Both the position numbers and the translations under genes were made by a program. DNA of 64,000 nucleotides from Acidobacteriota bacterium. Its GTDB lineage: Bacteria > Acidobacteriota > UBA6911 > RPQK01 > JAJDTT01. Shown piece by piece: positions 31,230 to 42,508 of the stretch (positions are counted from its first letter, which is position 1; every line of letters begins with the position of its first letter). The DNA lies in contig CBDCJH010000002.1 in NCBI GenBank assembly GCA_965217775.1, positions 4,736,001 through 4,800,000 on the forward strand. The letters are read 5' to 3'. Under the pieces are notes generated by a model. The model had not been told where the DNA came from and ran no database searches. It saw nothing but the letters and a program-made list of their open reading frames with translations.

Positions 31230-34200
31230 TCACATCGGACCCGGTGTGCTCAACCGCTGAAGGTATTCCAGCAGGTCGGCCATGGCAGCGGGGTCGATCT
31301 CTTCCTCCAGACCCTCCGGCATGTTGGAGACGCTGGAGACCCGGAGCGTCGCGATATTGCTCCGGAGCAGGGTCTCCTCTTCCCCTTCCTCGCGCCGGAG
31401 GGTGACGGCGGTGGGACTCTCCCGGGCGATGACCCCGGTCACCGTAGCGCCGCTTCGAGTCTCGATGACGTAGGTTTCGTAGCCCGGCGCAATATTACGG
31501 TTGGGATCCAGGATCTTGGCGAGGAAGAACTGCTTGGGCCGCCGGACCACGTCCAGGAGATCGGGACCGACTTCGCTTCCCATGCCATCGAGAAGGTGGC
31601 ACCGGCTGCAATTCTCAAGAAAGATCTCTCTCCCCCTGGGAACCTCCCCCGTGGCCGACAGGGCGGGCTCGTACCGCTGGATCAATTCCTCACGGCCGTC
31701 GGACAGATCGCCGAACAACCCCTCGGCGCGCCGGCGAACCTCTTCATCCGGCGATTCGAGGAGCTGATTGATCCGGGGCCGGCCCAGGGTCCGGACCTCG
31801 ACTTCCTTTTCCTGGATACCGTCCAGGAGTGCGCTCACGAACTCCTTGCGGGCCAGGAAGCCGTCCCAGGCCGCCCTGCGGACCGGCTCGGTGATGTTTC
31901 CCCAATTGCGGAGCAGGAACGGGACAACTTCCGCGGTCCCCGTTTTGAGGAGGGATCGGGCGGCCGCGACCTGGACCTCGGGAGCCACCTGCGGTGTCAA
32001 CAGCCCTTCCAGAGCGCGAGTCGCCGCTCCGGCCGGGTCCAGCCCCAGGATTCGGACCGCGATCACCCGGCCGGCTTCGTCCGGATGGCTCTTGGAGTCT
32101 TCCAGAGCCGTCTTGACGAGCCGGCGCAACCGGGGGGAATCGGAGAGCAGGAGACGGTCGGTGAGATCCAGAGCAGCCGCTGCCACTGCGGGCGATGCCG
32201 AGCGCATCATCCGGAACAGAAGGCGCTCGTCGCCTCGACCCAGGCGAATCCGGGCTTCGGCGCCCTGGCCGAGACCCTGTCCCAATCCCGCCAGCAGGGC
32301 GCTGCGCCACCACTCGTCCCCAGGGTTCGCGCCACTGGCCGCGACACGAAGCACCTCCGAGATTCCGGTTTCGATCTGGCGAGCGCCCAGGATCGCGGCG
32401 AGCTTCACCAGAAATTCTTCTTTTTCCTGGGATTCGGAAGCGAGGAAGGTGTTGTTCCGGGTCACGGTCCGGAGCCAGCGGCCGGCGTTTTCGGAAGCCG
32501 AAGTCAGGACGGCGATCTGCAGCCAGCGGTCCTCCGGATGACGCGCCAGGAGCCGGGTCAGAGGGCCGAAGGACTGCGATTCCGGGAGCAGGCCCAGGGT
32601 GCAGGCGAGCTGAAACTGGACGCGACGGTCAGGGTCTTCGACCAGGTCCAACAGCCTCTTCACCAACCGCGGCGAATCGAACTGCTCGGAGAGCCGGATC
32701 GCATGTTCCCGGACCCTTCCGTCGCCGTCGCCGAGGGCCTGTGCGATCAGATCGGGATTCAGTCGTCCCAGCCCATCCAGCGTCCAAAGCGCATGTATCC
32801 GGGACTCCGGTGCGCCGGCGGAGACCGCCAGTTCTCGAAGGGCGGGAACGACTGAACGGTCCTGCCGCTCGACCAGCAGCCGCTGGGCCGTGATCCGCCA
32901 CCACATGTTGGCATGGGACAGCGCCTCGACCAGGCGCCTGGACACGGCAGCTTGAAGGTTCGGCGTCCCGTCCGCCTCGCCCTTCTCGGGGACCACCCGA
33001 TAGATGCGTCCCCTGCCGGCGCCGGCGCGCAGGTCGAAGCGGCCCTCCAGATCCTCCGGGACGTAGTCCGGATGCTCGACGTACTTCCGGTAGTAGTCGA
33101 CCAGGTAGAGCGCTCCATCCGGCCCGACGGTCGTGAAAACCGGCTTGAACCAGGCGTCGGTGGAAGCCAGGAACTCCCGTCCCTCGAAGGCCCGGCGGGC
33201 GGAGAAGGTCGCCCCCGAGGGGGAGAGCAGGTCGCAGTGCACCAGGTTGTGCAAGGGGTCGCATACGAAATAGGCGCCTCTCAGCCGCTCCGGAAACCGG
33301 GCGGCGGTGTAGACGGAGTTCCCGCAGCTTGAGGTGAATATCCCCACCTGGGATTCGTGGACGTAGATGGGATTTCGGGTGATGGGATAGACGGTGGACT
33401 GGTTTTTGTGATCGGAAGGAAACTCCATGGCGGATGAGACCTGCAGGTAGGGATTCCGTGACAGGTACCGGTGGGCGATGACGGGATGGCGGATGTGGTT
33501 GTTGTTCCAGAGGCCGAAGCGGTTGCCGGCGGCATCGAAGGCGTTGCCGTATTGGGAGTTCCCGGCCACCGGCTCCAACTGCAACCGGTCCGGGCGGAAC
33601 CGGAAATCGGTGCCGAGTGCCGAGACGTCGACGGCCGCGACTTCCGGATGGCCGGGGAAATGGAGGGGTTCGCCCGTCAGTCCGAACTGTTGGGGATTGC
33701 GCCGCGAGGGCCCCACTTTGGGATAGGCCCCGTAGATCCAGTTGTCGATGCCGTACCGGAGCCCGTTGACCCGAAGCTGGGGATTGTAGCGGTTGAATCC
33801 GGTGAGGATCACCCGACGCTCGTCGGCCCGCAGGTCGCCGTCCAGGTCGGGAAGATAGAGGATGTGCGGGGCGGCGGCCACCAGGACACCCTCCTTCCAC
33901 GGCATCAGTCCGGTCGGAAAGGCCAGTTCTTCGGCATAGACGTGACTACGGTCGAACCTTCCACCGCCGGTGGAGTCCACCAAGACCACGACCCGGCCCT
34001 GGGGTTCCGATTGCATGGGATAGTCGCCCATCTCCAGGACGAAGAGGCGTCCCCGGCCGTCGAAGGCGGCGGCGACCGGATCCGCGATCAGGGGCTCGGC
34101 CGCCACCAGCTCGATCTCGAACCCCGGCGGCAATTGGAACGATTTCAGGGCTTCCTGGGGCGGAAACGGCGGCGCGTTCCCGCGTCCACAGCTCGCGAGG

Positions 34201-34253
34201 AGGGCGCAACAAACGGCACCCAAAAGCGATCGGCTCACGATGCCGGGAGCCAT
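31230..34253 (-). CDS. PVC-type heme-c binding dehydrogenase-like lipoprotein
   Basis: LASC lipobox, LVAAEPLIADPV, GPDGALY, CSRCH heme motif, VGPDL, SNMPEGLE. Confidence 0.88.
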   Translation of the reverse strand: MAPGIVSRSLLGAVCCALLASCGRGNAPPFPPQEALKSFQLPPGFEIELVAAEPLIADPVAAAFDGRGRLFVLEMGDYPMQSEPQGRVVVLVDSTGGGRFDRSHVYAEELAFPTGLMPWKEGVLVAAAPHILYLPDLDGDLRADERRVILTGFNRYNPQLRVNGLRYGIDNWIYGAYPKVGPSRRNPQQFGLTGEPLHFPGHPEVAAVDVSALGTDFRFRPDRLQLEPVAGNSQYGNAFDAAGNRFGLWNNNHIRHPVIAHRYLSRNPYLQVSSAMEFPSDHKNQSTVYPITRNPIYVHESQVGIFTSSCGNSVYTAARFPERLRGAYFVCDPLHNLVHCDLLSPSGATFSARRAFEGREFLASTDAWFKPVFTTVGPDGALYLVDYYRKYVEHPDYVPEDLEGRFDLRAGAGRGRIYRVVPEKGEADGTPNLQAAVSRRLVEALSHANMWWRITAQRLLVERQDRSVVPALRELAVSAGAPESRIHALWTLDGLGRLNPDLIAQALGDGDGRVREHAIRLSEQFDSPRLVKRLLDLVEDPDRRVQFQLACTLGLLPESQSFGPLTRLLARHPEDRWLQIAVLTSASENAGRWLRTVTRNNTFLASESQEKEEFLVKLAAILGARQIETGISEVLRVAASGANPGDEWWRSALLAGLGQGLGQGAEARIRLGRGDERLLFRMMRSASPAVAAAALDLTDRLLLSDSPRLRRLVKTALEDSKSHPDEAGRVIAVRILGLDPAGAATRALEGLLTPQVAPEVQVAAARSLLKTGTAEVVPFLLRNWGNITEPVRRAAWDGFLARKEFVSALLDGIQEKEVEVRTLGRPRINQLLESPDEEVRRRAEGLFGDLSDGREELIQRYEPALSATGEVPRGREIFLENCSRCHLLDGMGSEVGPDLLDVVRRPKQFFLAKILDPNRNIAPGYETYVIETRSGATVTGVIARESPTAVTLRREEGEEETLLRSNIATLRVSSVSNMPEGLEEEIDPAAMADLLEYLQRLSTPGPM

Positions 34254-34429
34254 TGAGGCGCGGGGTCGAATCATTGGTTGGAAAAACACTCTTTGCGGCG
34301 GGCTCCGACCCGCCGCCGGGTCCCAGGTCTGACTGGAAGTATAGTCCGGTGCGGAGGCCGAATCCACGTCCCCGCGGTTCCAGTTGGACGGCAGGGCAGG
34401 ATCCGACTTGCTTACGGCGGCACCGCGAA

Positions 34430-35515
34430 CTATCCGGGAATCCGGGTCCGTTCCACGGTCGCGCCGTCGAAATGGTGTCCTCCAGCGGAGCGGGGCAGCG
34501 GAAGTTCCACCGCGGCGCCGGTTCGATTCGAGAGATGGGTGGCCTCGATCATCTCGATGGCGGCACGGCCATCTTCGCCCGACACTGCGGGACGGCGCTG
34601 GTAGCACAGGCAGTCGACAAAGTCCTGAGTCTGGACGAAGAATGCCTCCAGGCGCTGGGGCTCGAAGGGATTGCCGAGGAAGTCGATTTCCGGCATCTCC
34701 CAGACCTCTCGCCATTCTCCTCCCGTCGCCAGTCGAAGCTTTCCGAAGTGTTCGGCTTCGAGCATTCCCTTCTCACCCCAGACCCGGACGAAATCCATCA
34801 TGCGTGGGAATCCGGGCTCGGGAAGTTCGTGGCTCATCCACACCTGGGCGCTGGCGCCACGGGAGAAATGGACCTGCGCCATGGCGTTCCGAGCCTGCCA
34901 GTTCGGGGCCGAATGAGCGTTCACCGTACCGAAGAGCCGGACCGGCTCGTCGTCGATCAGGAAGCGGAGCATGTCGAAGCTGTGGGAACAGCGATCCAGG
35001 ATGTCGCCTCCGTTGTCGAAGTCCAGGAGCCAGGGCTTCCCAGGATCGCGCAGAGGCCACAAGGTGTTCATCTGCACCATCCGCACCTCTCCGATCCGGC
35101 CCGCTTGGATCAGGTTGCGGGCGCGCGCGAAGACGCCACGGTACCGCAGGGTGTGAATGACGCTGAGGGTGACCCCGGCCTCGCGGCAGGCGGCGATCAT
35201 GGCGTCGCAATCGGCCACGTTGGTCATCATCGGTTTCTCCACCAGGACGTGTTTGCCGTGTCTGGCGGCGGCGATGGTCTGCTCGGCGTGCAGCTTGTGG
35301 ATCGTCGCCAGGAGCACGGCATCGACGTCTTCGCTACGGAGCATGTCCTCGTAGCCGGGGAAAAGCGCGACGCCGAAATCGGCCGCCAACTTGGGCGCTC
35401 GACTTCCCTGAGTGACTCCCGCGAGCTCGACGCCCTCATTGTAGTCTCTCACGCAATGGGCATAGGTCCGTCCCATATACCCCGATCCCACGATGCCCAA
35501 CCGTATGACGTCCAT
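34430..35515 (-). CDS. Gfo/Idh/MocA oxidoreductase
   Basis: GIVGSGYMG, GKHVLVEKP, GRIGEV. Confidence 0.9.
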   Translation of the reverse strand: MDVIRLGIVGSGYMGRTYAHCVRDYNEGVELAGVTQGSRAPKLAADFGVALFPGYEDMLRSEDVDAVLLATIHKLHAEQTIAAARHGKHVLVEKPMMTNVADCDAMIAACREAGVTLSVIHTLRYRGVFARARNLIQAGRIGEVRMVQMNTLWPLRDPGKPWLLDFDNGGDILDRCSHSFDMLRFLIDDEPVRLFGTVNAHSAPNWQARNAMAQVHFSRGASAQVWMSHELPEPGFPRMMDFVRVWGEKGMLEAEHFGKLRLATGGEWREVWEMPEIDFLGNPFEPQRLEAFFVQTQDFVDCLCYQRRPAVSGEDGRAAIEMIEATHLSNRTGAAVELPLPRSAGGHHFDGATVERTRIPG

Positions 35516-35719
35516 GGTGTGCTCCCGTGTTGCCGTCCCCTGCCCGAAGGAATGAAACCGAATCGAAAGGATTCTACAACTGCGCCTTCCCGCTGGAAGA
35601 GCGACTCCCGGCCGAGGCTACCCGGAAAATCCACAGTGGTGTTCAGGACCGCCGGCTGGTAGCTTCGGGCAGGGTCCGAAACGGCGTCGGCATGGCGGGC
35701 GCCCGGAAAGGAGTCGGGA

Positions 35720-36838
35720 ATGGCCACGATCGAAATCCTTGACCACCACATCGTCTACGAGAATCCGCAACCCTTCAATCGATCCCGTCACGGCTATTTC
35801 CCCGGACTGGTGAAACTGCCCTCGGGTGAGCTGCTGGGACTCTTCGTCTTGGGGGAGGCCTTCGAAGCAACCAACGTGACGACCTTCGTGACCCGTTCCC
35901 AGGATCAGGGGCGGACGTGGAATCTACAAGGTCCGCTACACCGCAAGGAGGAGGCGTACCGCCACAACTCCGACTATCTGAAGCCGACCCTCCTGGATGC
36001 CGGCAGGCTGATGGCTCTGGGCTATCGATTCCATCGCACCGATCCGGATCAGACCATCGCCAACCCCGACCCTGCCGTCGACGGCATTCGAGGGGGCGAC
36101 AACCTGGTTTCGTTCTCCGCTGACGACGGAGCCACCTGGTCCCATCCCCGGATCGTCCCGCGGTCGCGCCCGGAACTGATCGAACAGTCCGGCCCTGCCA
36201 TCCAGCTTCACACCGGCGCGATTCTGGGGGCCGGCTCGCTGTTCCCCAGGTGGGATGGAAGCAATCCCAGCGGCTGCGTCGGAGCCCTGCTGCGAAGCGA
36301 GGACGGAGGCGAGACCTGGGATGACCGAACCGATTTCTTCCGCGACCCGGCCGGGCGTTATGCGCCGTCGGAACCGAGATTGTGTGAAATGCAGGACGGG
36401 CGGATCGTCTCCCTGAACTGGATGATGGACCATGTCCGGGGAACCAACACCACCAATCACGTCACGGTGTCCCACGACGGCGGAGCGACCTGGTCGAACC
36501 CCATCGACACCGGCGTCTGGGGACAGGCTTCGAATCTGATGCCCTGGGCCGGCGACACCCTGCTGACGGTCCACTGCCATCGCGAAGGAGAGGACATCGG
36601 CGTGTTCTTGAGGATCGTCGATTTCTCGCGCGACCGCTGGCGGACGGTCGAAACGGCCAAGGTCTGGGGCAACGCCCCCTCCATGAAGATCGCCGTCTAC
36701 TCCAACATGGGCCGGGACCTGAAGTTCGGCCAGGCCTCGTTGCTGCGCCTGGACGACGGCGAGGTGCTCGTGACGCACTGGGCCATCGAAGGGGGACAGG
36801 GGCGAATCCGCACCCACCGGATCCGCGTCCGGATTTGA
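35720..36838 (+). CDS. BNR/Asp-box sialidase-like beta-propeller protein
   Basis: Asp boxes [32 protein letters not shown]. Confidence 0.85.
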   Translation: MATIEILDHHIVYENPQPFNRSRHGYFPGLVKLPSGELLGLFVLGEAFEATNVTTFVTRSQDQGRTWNLQGPLHRKEEAYRHNSDYLKPTLLDAGRLMALGYRFHRTDPDQTIANPDPAVDGIRGGDNLVSFSADDGATWSHPRIVPRSRPELIEQSGPAIQLHTGAILGAGSLFPRWDGSNPSGCVGALLRSEDGGETWDDRTDFFRDPAGRYAPSEPRLCEMQDGRIVSLNWMMDHVRGTNTTNHVTVSHDGGATWSNPIDTGVWGQASNLMPWAGDTLLTVHCHREGEDIGVFLRIVDFSRDRWRTVETAKVWGNAPSMKIAVYSNMGRDLKFGQASLLRLDDGEVLVTHWAIEGGQGRIRTHRIRVRI

Positions 36839-36882
36839 TTTTCTCCCTCGATGTTCCTCTCATTCCTCACCTCGCTTCGTCG

Positions 36883-36912
36883 TTGACCGTCCCCGGACCG
36901 ATCTCATATCAT
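36883..36912 (+). promoter_or_regulatory. Putative sigma70 promoter of leaderless guaB
   Basis: TTGACC-18-TATCAT, 6 nt before ATG, no Shine-Dalgarno. Confidence 0.6.
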
Positions 36913-36918
36913 TCTTCG

Positions 36919-38379
36919 ATGGAGATACTCGAAGCCCTCACCTTCGACGACGTTCTCCTTGCTCCCGCCTACAGCAACGTCCTGCCCGGGGAATCGGATC
37001 TTCAGACCGTCTTCTCCCGAAACATCCCCCTGAACATCCCCATATCCTCGGCGGCCATGGACACGGTGACGGAGCACCGCATGGCCATCACCATCGCCCG
37101 GCACGGCGGGATCGGCATCATTCACCGCAACCTGACCATCGAAGCCGAGGCCCGGGAGGTGGACAAGGTCAAGCGCTCCGAGTCGGGCATGATCGTGGAC
37201 CCGGTCACGGCTGGTCCCGACGATCGGATTCGGGACGTGATCGAGAGCATGGACCGGTACAAGATTTCCGGCGTTCCGGTCATCGACTCGACGGGAAAGC
37301 TGGTGGGGATCCTGACGAATCGGGACCTGAGATTCCAGAACGACCCGGATCTGCCGGTTTCGGACCTGATGACCCGCGACAACCTGGTCACGGTCGGACA
37401 AGAGATCTCCATGGAGGAGGCCAAGCGGAAGCTCCACGAGCATCGGATCGAGAAGCTCCTGGTGGTGGATAATCAGAATCGGCTCAAAGGGCTGATCACC
37501 GTCAAGGACATCCTGAAGATGATCACCTATCCCAAGGCGGCCAAGGACTCGCGCGGGCGCTTGAGAGCGGGCGCCGCCGTGGGCGCCACCGGAGACTACC
37601 TGGAGCGGGCCCGGGAATTGGAGTTGGCGGGGGTGGACGTGGTGGTGGTGGATACGGCTCATGCCCACACCCGGCGAGTGGGCGCGGCCGTTTCGGAGTT
37701 GAAGAAGCGGCTTTCCAGCGCCGACGTCACCGCGGGAAACGTGGCCACCGGAGAGGCCGTCCGCTTCCTTCACGACGCGGGGGCGGATGCGGTCAAGGTT
37801 GGCATGGGACCCGGAAGCATCTGCACGACCCGGGTCGTCACCGGCGCCGGCATGCCTCAGTTCACGGCCATCGTGGACGCCGCCCGGACCGCACGGGAGC
37901 TGGGCCTGCCGGTGATCGCCGATGGCGGAATCAAGTATTCGGGCGACATCACCAAGGCCCTGGCGGCCGGGGCGGATGCGGTGATGATCGGGAACCTCTT
38001 CGCCGGCACCGACGAGTCTCCGGGGGAGCTGGTGTTCTATCAGAACCGCAGCTACAAGACCTACCGCGGCATGGGATCCCTGGGAGCCCTGACCGAGGGA
38101 ACCAGCGACCGTTACGGTCAGGATCCGAGTTCCCCGGGACAGAAGGTGGTTCCCGAGGGCATCGAAGGGCGGGTCCCCTACAAGGGACGCGCCGAGGACC
38201 TGATTCCCGTTCTAACGGGCGGACTGCAGTCGGGAATGGGCTACTGCGGCGTCAGAAACGTCGGGGAACTTCAGACCCGGACCAAATTCGTCCGTGTCAC
38301 CCACCTGGGGCTGCGCGAGTCCCACGCCCACGATGTGGTGGTGACCAAGGAAGCCCCCAACTACCGCGTCGAGATCTGA
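36919..38379 (+). CDS. guaB: IMP dehydrogenase
   Basis: [19 protein letters not shown] pair, [30 protein letters not shown]. Confidence 0.97.
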   Translation: MEILEALTFDDVLLAPAYSNVLPGESDLQTVFSRNIPLNIPISSAAMDTVTEHRMAITIARHGGIGIIHRNLTIEAEAREVDKVKRSESGMIVDPVTAGPDDRIRDVIESMDRYKISGVPVIDSTGKLVGILTNRDLRFQNDPDLPVSDLMTRDNLVTVGQEISMEEAKRKLHEHRIEKLLVVDNQNRLKGLITVKDILKMITYPKAAKDSRGRLRAGAAVGATGDYLERARELELAGVDVVVVDTAHAHTRRVGAAVSELKKRLSSADVTAGNVATGEAVRFLHDAGADAVKVGMGPGSICTTRVVTGAGMPQFTAIVDAARTARELGLPVIADGGIKYSGDITKALAAGADAVMIGNLFAGTDESPGELVFYQNRSYKTYRGMGSLGALTEGTSDRYGQDPSSPGQKVVPEGIEGRVPYKGRAEDLIPVLTGGLQSGMGYCGVRNVGELQTRTKFVRVTHLGLRESHAHDVVVTKEAPNYRVEI

Positions 38380-38399
38380 CCGCCGCCAGGAGGCCCCAA

Positions 38400-39428
38400 C
38401 TAGACCAGCGTCGGCTCGGCGATATTCTTGCCCACGGCCTGGGCGATGCGGCGCATGTCGTCCATGAGGCTGCTGAACTGCCTCACGTACAACGACTGGG
38501 CTCCGTCGCAAAGCGCGTTCTCCGGATCCTGGTGCACCTCGATGAGGAGGCCGTCCGCACCCACCGCCACGGCGGCCCGGGCCAGCGGAGCCACCCGGTT
38601 CCGGATTCCCACCGCATGGCTCGGATCCACCACGATGGGAAGATGGCTGATCTGCTTGATCACCGGTACGGCGGAGAGATCCAGGGTGTTCCGGGTCAGG
38701 TTCTCAAAGGTCCGGATCCCTCTCTCGCAGAGCAGGACGTTGTGGTTCCCCTCGGCCATGATGTATTCGGCCGCCAGGAGCAGATCGGTGATGGTGGCGC
38801 TCATGCCGCGCTTCAGAAGCGCCGGAATGCCGCTCTTTCCGATGGCCCGCAACAGATTGTAGTTCTGCATGTTCCGGGTTCCGATCTGAATGATGTCGAT
38901 GTAGTCGTGGGCCAGGGGAATCTGGGCCGATTCCATGACTTCCGAGATCACCAGCAGACCGTGCCGGTCCGCCGCCTTGCGGATGATCCGGAGTCCCTTT
39001 TCTCCGTGGCCCTGAAAGGAATAGGGGGAGGTTCTGGGCTTGAAGGCTCCGCCGCGCATGACTCTGGCCCCGGCTTCCTTGACCGCAGCCGCGACCTCTT
39101 CACACTGATCCACGGTTTCGATGGTGCACGGCCCGGCCATGATCACCACCTCCTCCCCGCCGAACTCGACGTCGCCGACCCGCACCCGGCTGCCGTGAGC
39201 GTGGAACGCCCGCGAGGCCAGCTTGTAGGGTTCGCTGATGCGGTGGACTCCCCGGACCCCGTCCATGGCCTCGTAGTCCCGAGTGTTCACGATCTTGGCC
39301 CCAACGGCTCCCAGCACCGTATAGTCCACACCCGTCGACCGATGCACGTCGAAACCGTTGGCGACGAGCTTGTCGACCACGTGTTCCACCTGTTCCGAAT
39401 TTGCGTTGTGTTCCATGACGATGACCAT
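38400..39428 (-). CDS. aroF: DAHP synthase, type I-beta with N-terminal regulatory domain
   Basis: AGPC, RGGAFKPRTSPYSFQG, QIGTRNMQN, CERGIRTF, VDPSH. Confidence 0.93.
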   Translation of the reverse strand: MVIVMEHNANSEQVEHVVDKLVANGFDVHRSTGVDYTVLGAVGAKIVNTRDYEAMDGVRGVHRISEPYKLASRAFHAHGSRVRVGDVEFGGEEVVIMAGPCTIETVDQCEEVAAAVKEAGARVMRGGAFKPRTSPYSFQGHGEKGLRIIRKAADRHGLLVISEVMESAQIPLAHDYIDIIQIGTRNMQNYNLLRAIGKSGIPALLKRGMSATITDLLLAAEYIMAEGNHNVLLCERGIRTFENLTRNTLDLSAVPVIKQISHLPIVVDPSHAVGIRNRVAPLARAAVAVGADGLLIEVHQDPENALCDGAQSLYVRQFSSLMDDMRRIAQAVGKNIAEPTLV

Positions 39429-39470
39429 GATGGGTTCCTTTCTCGCTGCCGATACACGTTCATCCCGGAC

Positions 39471-39746
39471 CTAGCCGCTCTTGCGGTACTCCCGCTCCAC
39501 TCGTCGAGACTCGTCGATGATCCTCTCGAACAGGCGCTTGATGGCGGCTTTGGACAAGGGGCCGCGGGTGGCCTCTTGAACCAGCCTGATCACCTCATCC
39601 TCGCGCTTCGGATCATAGATGCCCAAGTTCATCTTCTGCTTGATCTTGACGATTTCGATCGCACACCGGCTGCGGCGATTGAGCAGCTCCACCAATTGGA
39701 GATTGAGCTGGTCGATTTCGCTGCGCCAGTGGTCGATGTCAGTCAC
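39471..39746 (-). CDS. Chorismate mutase (AroQ type)
   Basis: WRSEIDQLN-LLNRR, YDPKRE, LFERIIDESR. Confidence 0.9.
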   Translation of the reverse strand: MTDIDHWRSEIDQLNLQLVELLNRRSRCAIEIVKIKQKMNLGIYDPKREDEVIRLVQEATRGPLSKAAIKRLFERIIDESRRVEREYRKSG

Positions 39747-39776
39747 TATGGATGCCCCTTTTCGGAATCAGCGGAC

Positions 39777-39811
39777 AAAAAAAAACCGTGGGCTTTCGGG
39801 GTTGCCCACGG
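39777..39811 (-). terminator. Attenuator terminator upstream of chorismate mutase
   Basis: CCGTGGGC/GCCCACGG stem followed by U9 on the minus strand. Confidence 0.88.
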
Positions 39812-39843
39812 CCTCAGGATCGCCTGCGATGGCAGGCCGACCC

Positions 39844-39888
39844 TCAGCCGTTTCTAAAGAAGTAATAGAATGCCCGCAGACTCACCAT
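39844..39888 (-). CDS. Phe/Tyr leader peptide MVSLRAFYYFFRNG
   Basis: AAGGA SD, five consecutive aromatic codons FYYFF, followed by a hairpin and terminator. Confidence 0.85.
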   Translation of the reverse strand: MVSLRAFYYFFRNG

Positions 39889-39914
39889 ACGTCGTCCTTT
39901 GAACGTAGACACTC

Positions 39915-39943
39915 AAAATACCCCAAAATTATCCTGGAATCAA
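39915..39943 (-). promoter_or_regulatory. Putative internal sigma70 promoter overlapping the trpA end
   Basis: TTGATT-17-TATTTT. Confidence 0.6.
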
Positions 39944-40688
39944 ATGCTCTCTGGCGAAACGGCCGACTTGCCTGGCCAGGTCGGCGTCATGCCGGTGCTC
40001 GTCCACGAACCGGACCAGGGCGGTTCCGATCACCGCGGCGTCAGCATACCTCCATACGCGACGGACGTCCCGAGCCGAGGTGATGCCGAATCCCACGGCG
40101 ATGGGAAGGGAGGAGTATTCCCGCAACCGGCGGATGGTCGCCGGCACCTGCGACTCGACGTCGGACCTCTTGCCGGTGACGCCGGTTCGAGCCACCAGAT
40201 AGACGAAGCCGCCGCTGGCGCGGCTCACCTTCTCGAGCCTCTCGTCCGACGAGGTCGGCGCCGCCAGGAAGATGATGTCGAGTCCCGTGACGCAGTTCCT
40301 GGGGTCGCCTTGCTCCCGGAACCGGATGTGCTCCTCGGGGGTCAGATCCGAGATGATGATGCCATCCAGGCCGGCGTCTACGGCTTCGACCGCCAACCGT
40401 CCCAGGCCGTAGCTCCAGACGGGATTCATGTAGGTCATGAACACGAGGCCGGCGTCGACCCGGTTCCGCAGTCTCCGAACCAGTTCTATGTAGTCCCGAA
40501 TGCCGTAGCCGTGACGGAGCGCCCGAAAGGAGGAGGTCTGGATCACGGGCCCGTCCGCGATGGGGTCGGAGAACGGGATGCCGATCTCCACGATATGTGA
40601 ACCGGCCTCCACCAACTCCAGAACGATCCGTTCCGTGGCTTCCAGGTCCGGGTGTCCCGCCGTCACGAAGGGGACGAAGCACTTCGGG

Positions 40689-41884
<1,196 letters not shown>

Positions 41885-41888
<4 letters not shown>

Positions 41889-42508
41889 TGGTCGTTGTCT
41901 CCATATTTTATTACGGCATGCTCCCGCGCCACCTTCAGAAAGGCCCTCAATTTGTCGCGGTCCTTGAGTCCCGGAGAACTCTCCACACCGGAACAGACGT
42001 CCACACCCAGCAGTCCGTGGCGGAAGTCGCCAGGGGCTGCCAGGGGATCGAGACGCTCCAGGGCTTCACCCAGATTCCGAGGCGTCAATCCGCCGGAGAG
42101 CAGATACGGGCGGTTCAACGACTCCAGCGCGGACCAGTCGGCGAGCGTTCCGGTGCCCCAGGAAGTGTCGATGATGACTTCATGCCCGGGGAAGCGCCGG
42201 GCGCCGGAGGGGCTGGTGGCGACCCAGACGCGCTTGTCCGTATTCGGGATCTCGCAGGGGTCCTCGACTCCGTACAACTGGATGACGTCGAAGGGCAGCC
42301 GTATCCACGAGTCCTCGCCGGGCCGCGCCACGGCAATGGCCACCGGAAGAATCTCCGGCGGAAGTTCGCCGGCCAGGGTTTGAGCCCGTTCCGGCTCCAG
42401 GTAGCGGGGACTGGGGGGATAGAAGTTGAAGCCCAGGGCATTGGCCCCGTATCGGACCGAATCCAACGCGTCCCGGCGGCGTGTGATTCCACAGACCTTG
42501 ATGATCAT
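41885..42508 (-). CDS. trpF: Phosphoribosylanthranilate isomerase with 11-aa MITE-derived insert
   Basis: [34 protein letters not shown]. Confidence 0.92.
42011..42039 (-). mobile_element. Collapsed 29-bp MITE remnant in frame within trpF
   Basis: + strand CCAG[CAGTCCGTGGCGGAAGTC GCCAGGGGCTG]CCAG: both TIR ends plus a 4-bp TSD. Confidence 0.85.

Noticed and set aside
40285-40335. Slightly longer loop in TrpA (HIRFREQGDPRNCVT)
   Set aside because: No repeat termini or TSD; within normal variation.
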